NCBI GenBank assembly: GCA_964016885.1
Contig: OZ024740.1
Location: forward strand, 287,370,001-287,434,000
Direction of reading: 5' to 3'
Source of the DNA: Eledone cirrhosa
Taxonomy: Eukaryota
Length of the DNA stretch: 64,000 nucleotides
Positions 28,337 to 39,785 of this stretch are shown piece by piece. How positions within the stretch are numbered: the first letter of the stretch is position 1; every line of letters begins with the position of its first letter. The position numbers and the translations under genes were made by a program. The notes beneath the pieces were generated by a model. That model saw nothing but the letters and a program-made list of their open reading frames with translations, did not search any database and was not told where the DNA came from.

Positions 28337-28505
28337 AAACATGGCCGTGTGGTTAAGAAGTTTGTTTTACAACCACATAGTTTCAGGTCTCATACCACAG
28401 TGTGGCACCTTCATGGGTTTTTTTTGGGGGGGGGGGGGGTTACTGTAGCCTCAATCTGACCATTACCTTGTGAGTGAAATTTGGTAGACAGAAATTGTAA
28501 AGAAG
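28337..28505 (+). mobile_element. Old tRNA-derived SINE relic
   Basis: catggccgtgtggttaagaagtttg head; a reverse copy lies at ~50220-50372. Confidence 0.55.
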
Positions 28506-28508
28506 TCT

Positions 28509-28918
28509 ATCATCATCATCAATGTTTAACGTCTATCTTCCATGCTAGCATGGGTTGAGACAGGAATTGGGAGGTTTTTACCGTGTTACCTACACGGCCA
28601 CATTACAGTGTGGACTGGATGTTGTGGTACCAACTTTACAGAGAGAGGGTGGTGTTAGTGGGAATGGGGGTGGGGTGGAGTAGGGGTAGTGGGATGGGTA
28701 TATATATATTTGGTTAAGAGGTGCCTACTGACTGTAGGTTTCGCTTTGTACATAGGCAAGGCGGGTCTTCTGTATTACTGCGTAGTGCCAAAGCTCTCGG
28801 TCCAGTGACATTGTCTTAGAGAGGTGTAAGTGTGTGAGGTCAGAATTTATCAAATTGTCCCAGGTTTTTCTGGGTCTACCTACTCCGTAACTTCCATCAA
28901 TTTTGATCGCCCTGCACT
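28509..28918 (-). mobile_element. RTE LINE 3' fragment with internal deletion
   Basis: Similar to 5930-6466 and 26808-27560; (GAT)n tail. Confidence 0.85.
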
Positions 28919-29109
28919 TTTATATATATATATGTGGTGGGGCTTGGAGTTTTGTCTTTCATTTACTCTTTTACCTGTTCCAGCCATCTGGCTGAGGTCA
29001 TGCTGTATTTTTATTTTAAAAAAAAAATGTTTAAGGTTTCTCTTAAAAAATTGTTTTTTTTGTTTTGCCTTCTTTTTGTTCATTGTCTTGTCCTCTCTGT
29101 TAATTTTCC

Positions 29110-29643
29110 TAGGAAGTTGCGTTGGTATGGACATGTGATGCGTATGGAGGATGACAGCTGCATAAAAAGGTGCAGAGCACTAGAAGTCGATGGAAGCCGC
29201 AGAGTGGGGAGACCCAAGAAGACCTGGGATGAGGTAATAAAAGCCGACCATACCCAATTGCACCTCTCAAAGGCGATGACACACAACTATGACCTCTGGC
29301 GTCATGCTGTAATACAGAAGACCCAACCCCCCACGGATACAAGCTGAAGCTGAAGCATATAGACAACATGTCCCTACCCCCTTCCACTGCAAAGTGGTCA
29401 TGGAGGTGCCATGGCAAAATAATACCCAGCCCACACTGTAAAGTGGGCGTGTAGGTGCCACGGAAAAAAGCACCCAGCACTCACTGTAAATGAGGTTGGT
29501 GTTAGGAAGGGCATCCAGCTGTAGAAATCAAGCCAGAATCAGTTCCCGTATGAGCAAGGCATGGTCAGCCGACCGGCTACAGGACAATCCGTCTAACCCA
29601 TGCTAGCGTGGAAGAACAGACGTAAAACGGTGATGATGATGAT
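29110..29643 (+). mobile_element. RTE LINE 3' end (family A)
   Basis: RKLRWYGHVMRMEDDSCIKRC..GRPKKTWDEVI; 3' UTR; cccatgctagcgtgg hairpin; (GAT)n tail. Confidence 0.92.
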
Positions 29644-30606
29644 ACTGGTTTCTGTCATTAGACTGTGGTCATGCTGGGGCACTCCCTTGATTTAGTAATA
29701 TCGTCCCCATTAATTATCTTTTCAAGTCTGGTACTTATTTTATCAATCTCTTTTTAGTTGAGCCACTAAGTTGGAGGACATAAACACAGACAAGGACACA
29801 CACACATATACAACAGGCTTCAGCAGTTTCCATCTACTTCTTCTAGAGAAATAGAGGTAAAGGCAGAAAGAGAGAAGTAAGCAAGAGATATAGAAGAGGA
29901 ATTAACCCTAGCACTAGACCAGTACTATATTTCTTGACTTTAAAAAGATGAAAGACCAAGTTGGTCTCAATGGGATTTGAATTGAGGGTGCAGAAATAAC
30001 TGTTGTAAAGCATTCTACCTGACATTCTAACGACCCTGCCTCTACAACATCTTAATAAGTACCTTACTAAAAATAAAACAAAACTGCTTAAAAAAAGTCT
30101 CATTCAACATATGTCAACATAAAAAAATGAAATATAAAAACAATGATGATAATGATGATGACAACGACAATGATGATGATGATGCTGATTTGGGCACACT
30201 GTGTTAAGCAAAGTGATGGATGCCAAGCACACTGACAGTCTGTCTCTATTATAAGAACTGCAGAAAGCCAATTTCTTTGCTTTATGCTATATAAAGTAAG
30301 ATGCATTGTTCATTTATGTTTAATGACCACTGGTCATCTTGCCAATGTTGCTATTGGGATTTGGAGAGGATGAGCAAGGAGTGTGGGAGCTGTCACACAA
30401 CAATGCCATCACTATTAGAAAAACTAGAGCAGGAGGTCATAGATGTATTCTTGATGGAATGAATTGCTAGTAGTCTGTAGGGGATGATAAAACAGCTACT
30501 CTGTATGTGTGTGCCTGTGTGTGTGTGCACACATGCAGTTATCCAAAATGGACAGTATATGTGATTCAAACTGTGTCACACTAAATCTCCATGAGAATTA
30601 CATTAA

Positions 30607-30827
30607 CCCTTTAGCATTTACATTATTCTATATTTGTTATTGGATTTTTGTGGTGAACACTTTATCTCATATAGTCATCTCACATAATATCAAGTTACTG
30701 AAATTTTGATATTATTTATTTTGAGAAGAATACCATAACATCAATATGAATGGCCGGTTACAGCCAGTTTGAACAGAAAGAGGTGAGAAAATTCTGGACA
30801 GACATGGCCAGTTTAAATGCCAAAGGG
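30607..30827. mobile_element. piggyBac-type MITE with TTAA TSD
   Basis: TTAA-CCCTTTAGCATTTA ... TAAATGCCAAAGGG-TTAA; second copy in opposite orientation at 59337-59557. Confidence 0.88.
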
Positions 30828-31334
30828 TTAAGGGTACAAGTGTCTGTAGAATACTCAGGCTATTATACATTAATTTCATGAGAAGGCTATTCCATTGATT
30901 GAACAACTGAAACACTCATTGCCAAAACTGATGAAGGTCTGTTCCTTCATATCTATTTCTATACACCAGAAGATTCTGGGTGTGGCCATGGCAGAGACAG
31001 GGAAGATGGACTTGGCTAGAGTGCAACAGTTGTTATTCTGCATTTATTGTTTGCAGTGTGCATCTCAATCTCAGCACAGTGTTTGGGGATAGTGATGCTA
31101 TTAATGTTACAGCTATTTCTGTATCTAAGTGTTTGTTTTTTATGCTTGTCTGGATGAAAGATAGTGTTTTCAGCATGGTGTCATAGTGATCTGGGGTGTT
31201 GTATTATGTGTCTGGGTATTGGGAGATGTTTTTTATTTTTTTATTTAGTGAAAAGGGCTATGAAGGTTGAAGCTTACTGTAAACAACAAACTGTATTTGC
31301 ATTCCATGTGGTCTTTCCTGTTTTAGTATTTTTG

Positions 31335-31680
31335 AAAGTTGAAATGTAGTCATGACAATGCAGATGACTATAATAATAGTCCATCACTATAAATAGTTGA
31401 AAAAATCAGGTAAATACTCCTGGAGACAGAAAAAATGGCTAGAAGCATCTGCGAGGAATCAAACCATGCATCTCTTTGATGCTGGGCAAGTTTGTTAACT
31501 ATTATGCTAAAAAGTCCCTGGCCACTGATTGCTGTCTTTTTAGAAGAATTTAAGCCTGTAGCTAAAAGTGTAAACATTTTTTTTTTCATCTCCAGGGTTA
31601 CTTTATCTGATTTTTCAACTATTACTCATAGTAATTGACTATATTAGTCATCTGCATTGGGATGATTACATTTAAAATTT
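31335..31680. mobile_element. Foldback/MITE-like element with ~90-bp imperfect inverted arms
   Basis: aaatgtagtcatgacaatgcagatgacta..atagttgaaaaaatcag..cctggaga (31335-31426) is the reverse complement of tctccagg..ctgatttttcaactat..tagtcatctgcattgggatgattacattt (31589-31675). Confidence 0.75.
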
Positions 31681-31756
31681 AAAAAAATTTCCAATACTTC
31701 TTAAGCAAACATGATGCTTGTACTTTTAGTATTTTTGTTTTGTCCTATAAGTAGTC

Positions 31757-32088
31757 ATTCATCATTTCATTTTACGTCTGCTTTTTCCCTGCTTGCAAGG
31801 GTGGGACGGGAACTGATTCTGGTTTGATTTCTACAGCTGGATGCCCTTCCTAACACCAACCTCATTTACAGTTAGTGCTGGGTGCTTTTTTGCCGTGGCA
31901 CCTCCACGACCACTTTGCAGTGGAATGATATGGACCCCAGTCCCTATCATCTCATTTCTACAGCTGAGTAAACTGGATCAATGTGAAATAAAGTGTCTTG
32001 CTCAAGGAAACAACACATCACCCGGTCTGAGAATTGAACTGACAACCTTTCGATTGCAAGGCCAATGCTCTAAGCCATGTGCCTCCCT
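31757..32088 (-). mobile_element. tRNA/CORE-like SINE (family 2) with RTE-derived tail
   Basis: Minus strand: tRNA-like head with B-box-like AGTTCAATTC, tgtttccttgagcaagacactttatttcac domain, then RTE 3' UTR sequence and GAT-like tail. Confidence 0.8.
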
Positions 32089-32799
32089 GTAGTCTGTGTA
32101 CAATTTGATATGATCCATAGTGCACTGTTTTATGCACTTAGTAAATTATTGTTGTTGAGATATTAGGGTCCCAAGTCAGATTGATAGAGTTAATGATAGA
32201 TCTAATGAATTGTTTGTACTCTATTGTTGTTATAGTTGTTATCTATTGGTTCAATGTAACACCTGTGATTGGTCTAGTATGTGTGGGTACATCATTTTGC
32301 TTTCTTTACTATGTCTTCTATTTCTGCTGTGAATATTGTGAAGATTTTGTAACTCCTAGTATTTTTTCTGTGTGTGTGTACATGCACGTGTGTGTGTGTA
32401 CATGCATGTGTGTGTGTGTGCATGCACGCGTGTGTGTGTGTGTGTGTACGCGTGCTTATGTTGTTGAGTGTGACGGCTGATTGTATTTGGTGTTCTCTGG
32501 TACTGCTGGTAAGAAAAGGTGATTTATGTAGGGATTGGAGCAGTTATGCAGCAGTGTCTGGAGAAGGGTAGATTGTGTGTGATGTCATTTGTGAAATGAG
32601 ACTGTGCATTACTTTGTAAATGTGGAATGGTTATGTAGGTATAGGTTGAAAAGAGTGGATGAAAGACTGGATATACAAGATAAAGTAATTAATTAGGTAG
32701 AGTAAGAAGAGAGTTATTACAAATGACTGGTGTAGTGGTTTAATTGTCAACTACTACAAGAGAAAAAGAAATGCACAGGAAAGAAACAGTTAAAAAGGA

Positions 32800-33190
32800 C
32801 TCAAATTGATGGACAAAGTTTTGAAAATAGTTGAGAAAGTTTTAATAAAGTTAGTTCAGGATATGATTAACTTTAGATAAGATGAAGTTTGGGTTTGTAT
32901 CAAGTTTCAGAAGTTTTCTATTTAGTATTGTTGATTTGGAGAAGACCTTTGGTGGTGTAAGTACTAAGGAAACTAGGTATATGTGAATAGCTTATGAGAA
33001 CATTTATGAAGGTGCTGTTAGCAAAGTTAAGGTTGTCAACAGGTTAAGTGAGGAATTTAGCATACAAGAGGGTGTCCACCAGAGCTTTGTCCTTAATCTT
33101 CTGTTATTCATTATAGTTCATGAAATAATAGGGCAGGAGTGCAAAACTCATTTTCTCTGGGTACTTTATATGCAGATGACCTGATCTTAT
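32800..33190 (+). mobile_element. Highly decayed RTE RT fragment
   Basis: gatttggagaagaccttt (DLEKTF), ggtgtccaccagagc (GVHQS), tatgcagatgacctg (YADDL). Confidence 0.8.
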
Positions 33191-33202
33191 CAAAGAATTA
33201 CA

Positions 33203-33233
<31 letters not shown>

Positions 33234-33449
33234 TCACACTAGAAAGCATATTCTAGAGACCAAAGACACAGCAAAATCAAAATGCTATTTAATAAGATTT
33301 CAATAATAGATCTCACATTGATGGAAGCTCACAAATGAGATGACAAAAGTTTAAAACAATTAGGAATATGTTGTATAGTTGACCTATCTAAAGATATGCC
33401 AGCTTGGTAAACAAACATTCAAATGTAGATGAAAGGTTAATATTAATTT

Positions 33450-33610
33450 GAATACAAAGCAGGCTATTGTTCAATTGTATTATTACAATGGTGATAGTAA
33501 TATAGCAGCAATGAGTATTTTAAAGAAGAACCATGCTCTTTATAATCATTCTTTTAGTTCAAGTGTCATAATTTATTTGATTAAATGTCTTCAAGAAACA
33601 AAATGTTTTA
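33450..33610 (+). mobile_element. Tc1/mariner-superfamily N-terminal HTH relic (DUF4817-like)
   Basis: KQAIVQLYYYNGDSNIAAMSILKKNH...SSVIIYLIKCLQET resembles the IV.LYY.N..S..AA.R.....I..L...F.ETG pattern. Confidence 0.45.
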
Positions 33611-33859
33611 ACAAAAGCCTTCACTTGAAGATAATAGGTTTGCTGTTGTCAAAGAATTTATTAGAAAAGGTACTGGGTGAAAACAAATTGGGATAAGCAA
33701 ACACCTCAAATTGATTCCAGCTGTTACAAGATTAAGAGAATGTTGAAGGGCAGTGAAAGTTATTTACTCAGGTTGCTAATGTTAGTGCACATCAGGTTAT
33801 TGGCAGGAAAAGAGGTACCAAGAGAGAACAGTGGATATCAGCAGAACCATGGAATCTGA

Positions 33860-34805
33860 TAGATGTGAGGAAAAATGTAAAAGTTAAGAGATCAAACCAG
33901 AATCTTGGGAGAGTAGAAAATTGAAGATGAACATTACAGGTTTCTGGATAAAAAAGCAAAACAAAGTTGCAGGAGGGACAAGGGGAAGTGGTTGGAAACA
34001 AAAGCCACTGAATCATAGAGAGTAAAACATGATTGACTAAAAGACTGTAAAAGACATTCATAGTGAAAGATGTGATAATAGTGTACCAATAAAGAGCAAA
34101 GAGCACTGTAGTTTACTGACCAGTAATGCTGAAACTCAGAGATGGGTTAAATACTTTCAAGTAGTTTTTAATCAGCTACCACTATGGAATTTTTTTGATT
34201 TTAAACAGGAAACAGATGCCACTCAATTGAATGTGTAATTGGGAGATATAATACAGCAAGAAGTCATTATAGATATTAAACACTAAATAACAATGCAGAT
34301 GATATCTCAGTAGAATTGCTGACATATTGCAGAGGAATATGTCTATTTTTTCAATCTAATATATAACATACAGAACAGGTGCCAGAAAACTGGAGAAGAG
34401 GAGTTATTGCAACTCTATTAAAGAACCGATGACCCAGTGATTGCAACAATTGGAGTGGTATCACATTGTTGCTTGTCCTGGGGAAAGTGTTTTGTATTGA
34501 AATTCTGAACAGACTAAGAAAAACATGAAACTACAATCTCCATGAAAAACAAGTCAGTTTCCATAGCAACATTACTGAGAAATGTGAATTCCAAACACCC
34601 CTGAGTCATTAATTTCATTGATTTCAAAAAGGGCTTTGATAGTATTCAATAAGAGCTACTGTGAAAGATTATACAACTTTATGGTATACCAGAAAACGTA
34701 AACATCTTCAAAACCCTATATCAAAATTCTTCCTTTTGAATTAGGATACAGGGTGGGAATACAAAATTGTTTGGTGTTGTGACATGTGTTCACTAAGACT
34801 GTATT
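33860..34805 (+). mobile_element. Decayed RTE/BovB-type LINE RT region (a different subfamily)
   Basis: VPENWRRGVI, DPSDCNNWSGITLLLVLGKVF, NFIDFKKGFDSI, YGIPE motifs across frameshifts. Confidence 0.78.
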
Positions 34806-34827
34806 GATTTCATTATAAGACTAAGAG

Positions 34828-35018
34828 GGCGGTGGATTGGCAGTATCGGTAGAGGGTCGGACGCCATGCTTTGCTGCAAAGAGTTACGGCCCTTTATGGT
34901 CTGAGTTCAAATCCCGCCGAGGTTAACTTTGCCTTTCATCCTTACGGGGTCGATAAAATAAAGTACCAGTAATGTACTGGGATAATTGCTGGCCTTGTGC
35001 CAAAAAGTAGAAACAATT
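34828..35018 (+). mobile_element. Full-length SINE family 1 with TSD
   Basis: ggcggtggattggcagtatcgg ... gtagaaacaatt; attataagacta at 34812-34823 and 35016-35027. Confidence 0.93.
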
Positions 35019-35032
35019 ATAAGACTATGAGC

Positions 35033-35520
35033 AATCATCATCCTTTTACATGGGTTGGACAAATCTTTTCCAACACAGCTCCCCTCTACCTGTTGCATTC
35101 CACTGTCATCTCCTCTGTTTTGAGATTTGCTTTCACCACTTCTGCCCAGGCCTTCCTTTTACTGGCAACCCCTGGCATTTTTTCACCCATGATCATCCTC
35201 CAAGTGCACCACATGTCCATACCAGCACAGATTTGATTTTTCTTAAACCCATTTTTCTCTCAGCTCAGCTATGTTTTGCTATTCATCCACATTAACATCA
35301 TGAATCCATCAAAGCATGCTTGCTTCATTTCTTTCGAGTTTTCATATGTACTGCCTATGTTTCACTACCATGAAGACATCATACCTTTGGTTGTCAGCAA
35401 AGATAGTAGCTCTTAACGTTTTCTATCCTGTTCTTATTCTAGCTACTATACTTTCAGAGCAACCTCCTCCACTGTTAATCAGGAGACCTAGGTAACAGAA
35501 TCTATCAAATATATCTATGG
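35033..35520 (-). mobile_element. Decayed RTE LINE 3' fragment
   Basis: Minus strand ttctgttacctagg (FCYLG), tgctggtatggacatgtg (WYGHV) and tail remnant. Confidence 0.75.
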
Positions 35521-35847
35521 GATAGGGAAAATTTACTTTTTTCTGTTCTGTATACAAAATTTACTTTTTTCTGTTAGTCTGCCTACAACAACAAAAATTA
35601 AGAAAATAGAAGCTAGGAGACCTGGGTTTTGATGATGATCTTATACTGCTAAGACATCAGGTAGAAACTTGTATAGGAAATAACAGCTTCAGTACCAAGT
35701 GAGGAAATATCACTGAAGATGGATAAATATCCTGAAATACTACACATTAATATATATATATAGAGAGAGAGAAAGAGAGAGAGCAGAGAGAAAGTGAGAA
35801 GAGTAAGACACAGAGATAGAGCAAGAGGGATAAAACAGAGACAGTTT

Positions 35848-35848
35848 G

Positions 35849-35905
<57 letters not shown>

Positions 35906-35930
35906 TACCAACCACCACTACTACTACTAC
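35848..35930. repeat. (CTA)n/(CCA)n microsatellite
   Basis: Directly visible. Confidence 0.95.
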
Positions 35931-36943
35931 ACATAGCTGGTGTAAGATTCAAGTTTATCTGTACTATTACAATGACAGCTAACCTTAGAACAATGGCTAT
36001 ACTACTGACATAAATTGTGTACTGTGTATGTATACGTGTGTGTGTATTATATATATATATATATTAATCATGTACCAATCCCCTATGGGGGGGCAGCAAT
36101 CTCTCAACAATCTCTTACAAGTTCTGCTCTGCAATACCAAATTAACGGTGGTTTCATATAGTTGGTGTCACTATTGCTACTGCTACTAATGTTGTTATTG
36201 GTGGAGTTGTTAGAAGTTAGTGGAATGATAGAAATAGTAAAGCACAGGACAAAATATTTTGTGGAAATTGGATACAGTTGTTTTATATTCTGAGTTCAAA
36301 TCATTCTGAGAATAGGACAGAGTGAAGCGCTGAAATATGTAATAAACAGGAAATGGATTTCATTAGCTGATGCCTTCTTCCTCCTCCTCCTCCTCATCTA
36401 TCTTAGCTGTCACTCTTTGCTTCAAGTGTTCAATTTTTACTTTTCTCTTTATCATATTATATTTTCTTTCTACTGTTTTGGTGACTCCTTTCTTTAGTGT
36501 CTCTTCTTTTAAACACTAGTTTTCTAATCATGTTTTCCACAAAGGTATTTGTCAGTTCATTCTAGGTTTACTTGCTTTGTGACTAACTTCTTTGACAACT
36601 ACTTCTGCTACTGTTTTCTATAGGTTCTTTACCTCCAGTAGAGAGTGGTACACGTCCTATAACTCTTTTGTTTTTTGTTTTACCTTCTTCCTATCGACGC
36701 GATGAAAATTATATATAAAGGTTACAGTTCATTGATGTCAAGAAAAATAATGAAATCCAAATTAGCCCCACAATCTAATTGCAACCAGGGGAACAAATAT
36801 TAAATTAGTGTCTTTGTATGTCCTCTCGGGTCCCAAATAATAAAGGAGGGAGGGGTTTGAATAAGCAGGTGAGAGGGGGGGGGAATTATTTGAGACCCGA
36901 AAGTATGTGTATGACATCTGAACAAGTATCCTCCACCTCCAAA

Positions 36944-37066
36944 TTACCAAGCCTCTGCCAACAGGAAGGAGAATACATTGTCCTGGAGGATGGCGAGGGA
37001 GATGCGCTGGAACAGCCACTCCACCTCATGAGGCTCACACTTGCGGGCAGCCAACTCCACAACATT
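36944..37066 (-). mobile_element. CRE/SLACS-like non-LTR retrotransposon C-terminal fragment
   Basis: ELAARKCEPHEVEWLFQRISLAILQDNVFSFL resembles the GDPR..WL.QRISLAI.RGNA.S.L motif that ends CRE-type restriction-like-endonuclease elements. Confidence 0.7.
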
Positions 37067-38199
37067 TGTTTGATTTACATGCTTCTCATTATTGTTTTGT
37101 TTTAGTTGATCTACTATCTTGCCCAATTGCTTAATCTCATCACCATGCTGACCATCCTGTCTGATTCTCAATTTTATTTTATTCCTATCTAATTCATCTC
37201 CTTCTCTATGATAGTTGCACCATGTTTCTTTATTAACATTTATAATATTCAAGCCACCACCTCTAGAAGGATTGTTAGCCAAGACTAAAGAACTACTCCA
37301 ACCCATGTAATATTGCTGTACTAATTCAGATATTAGCTGGTTGTTTCTTGATCACAAAGGTCTGTTAGTTGGTAACCTTGGTCAAGGACTTATACCAGGT
37401 GATGTTAGCCAGAGCCAGCTAAGACCAGTGCTTGTTTCAGGCACGATTGTCATTCCCTGGAGTAATGACCAGATCCAAATACACACTACCTATTGTGTGC
37501 ATGTGTGTATGTGTGTGTGTGTGCGTGCATGTGTGTGTGTGTGTGTACGTGTGTGAAAGAGGACAGGGTAGTGGGAGTGTCTCTCTTTAAAGTTGCATAA
37601 GAAATTATGAGTTGACTTCTGATGGTGGGCGTGTGAGTACTACCACGAATGGAACAGCTTGTTGTACATGTATGGCAATAAAGAATCTCATAATGGTTAT
37701 TTATAGGACTGGAGAGAAACCAGAAGAGATTTTGACACTTGTCATTCAGCTGTGATTATGTAATACTAGCATAAAAACCACCCTTTGGGTGGTTTTCTGC
37801 TAGCATGTGTAATGTGCATATTGATATTATACACAAATATATATGCATGTAGATATGATACGTCAAATGAAATCATAATTGACAATATGCACAGAAATTG
37901 AACGAAGTCTGTGTTACACTATCTTCTGTAATCAGTAAAGTAATCCATGATACATTAAAAAAAGATGATATTATATATAAACTGCATATATATTAAACTA
38001 AAATGTTATGAAAACGAAAAAGGAGAAAATTAGTGATGGAAATATAAACCATATATATCGCTGCAAATATATGAACATCTATATAAGTCATGTGATAAGT
38101 GTTATGTTATAACAGACACTAACCAGAAGCTTTGACATTTGAAAATTTTAAAGAAGTGAATCTAAAATAAGCAATACTTTATATATAAGAATATTTGTC

Positions 38200-38550
38200 T
38201 GAGAATTTGTGAGTTCAATTCTCAGACCAGGTGATGTGTTGTTTCCTTGAGCAAGACACTTTATTTCACATTGCATTGCTCCAGTTTACTCAGCTGTAAA
38301 AATGAGATGATAGGACTGGGGTCCCTATCATTCCACTGCAAAGTGGTCGTGGAGGGGCCACAGCAGAAAAGCACCCAGCCTACAATGTAAAGTGGACGTA
38401 TAGCCACCATGGAAAAAAAGCACCCAGCACTCACTGTAAATGAGGTTGGTGCTAGGAAGGGCATCCAGCTGTAGAAATCAAGCCAGAATCAGTTCCCGTC
38501 CCACCCTTGCAAGCAGGGAAAAGCGGACGTAAAATGATGATGATGATGAT
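38200..38550 (+). mobile_element. SINE family 2 (5'-truncated) with RTE-derived tail
   Basis: Reverse match to 31757-32045 with an extra ~48-bp unit; (GAT)n tail running into a TA repeat. Confidence 0.85.
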
Positions 38551-38565
38551 ATATATATACATATG

Positions 38566-38597
<32 letters not shown>

Positions 38598-38636
38598 CAT
38601 ATGTATATATACATATGTATATATACATATGTATGT

Positions 38637-38675
<39 letters not shown>

Positions 38676-38695
38676 CATACATACATATGTATATA

Positions 38696-39580
38696 CAGGG
38701 TGTGGACGATATTTGTTTGCAATTTTCAACTGCTAATTTTATGCAAATTTTTTTTACTTCTGTTGTCACTCTTGTCTTCATAAAAACAGTGACTATATTT
38801 CCATTATTTATTTTCAGAATAATTGATTATGAATAATTTTGAACCTCCAAGTTTGTGGAAGAGACACAGAGTTCTTCTTGGAATCCGCGCCGGGAGGATA
38901 AATAATGAAATTTCAGACTTTCTCAGCGTCAGCAGGAGAATGGTGTCTCATCGAAAGATGTGCCCAGAGTCATGCAGACAAAGTTTCCAGCGACAACATT
39001 GGTCTTAGGTGTCATCAGCAGTCAAGGTGACGTCATGCCACCTCACTTCTTCCCTGAGGGCCTCAAGCTGAACACCGATGGCTACATCCGCATTCTGAGT
39101 GAGGTAGTAAAGCCCTGGATCGACAAGGCAGCTGCAGGTAGGCCGTATGTGTGGCAGCAAGACTCAGCACCCTGCCATACCAGCCGAAAGACCCAAGCCT
39201 GGCTGTCAGAGAACTTCGTCGACCACACTTCACCTGATATCTGGCCTACCAGCTCGCCTGACTGCAACCCCCTCGACTTCTTTGTGTGGGGCGCAGTGGA
39301 ACGAGACACTAACAGATCTAGCTGCAATACGAAAGACGATCTGAAGGCCAGGATCACAAGTGCCTTTAGGGGCCTAAGTCGGGGGACAGTGACAAAGGCC
39401 TTTAGCCGGTTCCGAAGAAAACTTGAGGCCGTCATCAAAGTCAATTTATCGAGTGAGATCGAAAGAACAAGTCATGAAGACAAACTGACCCAAGTTTGAT
39501 AATTATATCTTAAAAAATAAAACTACTGTGTTATTTTTTCCTAGACAGTAATCTTGCGAACAAATATCGTCTGCACCCTG
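38696..39580 (+). mobile_element. DD37D (maT-family) Tc1/mariner transposon, internally deleted, both TIRs present
   Basis: TIRs cagggtgtggacgatatttgtttgcaa / ttgcgaacaaatatcgtctgcaccctg (24/27 match) flanked by TA; ORF 38960-39499 has QQD-37aa-D (..SPDCNPLD). Confidence 0.93.
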
Positions 39581-39606
<26 letters not shown>

Positions 39607-39615
<9 letters not shown>

Positions 39616-39785
39616 AATGTGGTTGGTGTTAGGAAGGGCATCCAGCTGTAGAAAACCTGCCAGATACAGTCTTATACGAGTGATGCACGGTCACCCGACC
39701 AATCTTGCCTCATGTGGAACAACTCCCGTGCTAGCGTCGAAAATGGACGTTAAACGATGATGATGATGATGATGATGGTGATGAA
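39607..39785 (+). mobile_element. RTE 3' UTR/tail fragment
   Basis: gttggtgttaggaagggcatccagctgtagaaa ... gacgttaaacgatgatgatg. Confidence 0.85.

Noticed and set aside
30900-30950. Type II hammerhead (GAAAC...CTGATGA)
   Set aside because: No convincing stem III, NUH site or stem I pairing
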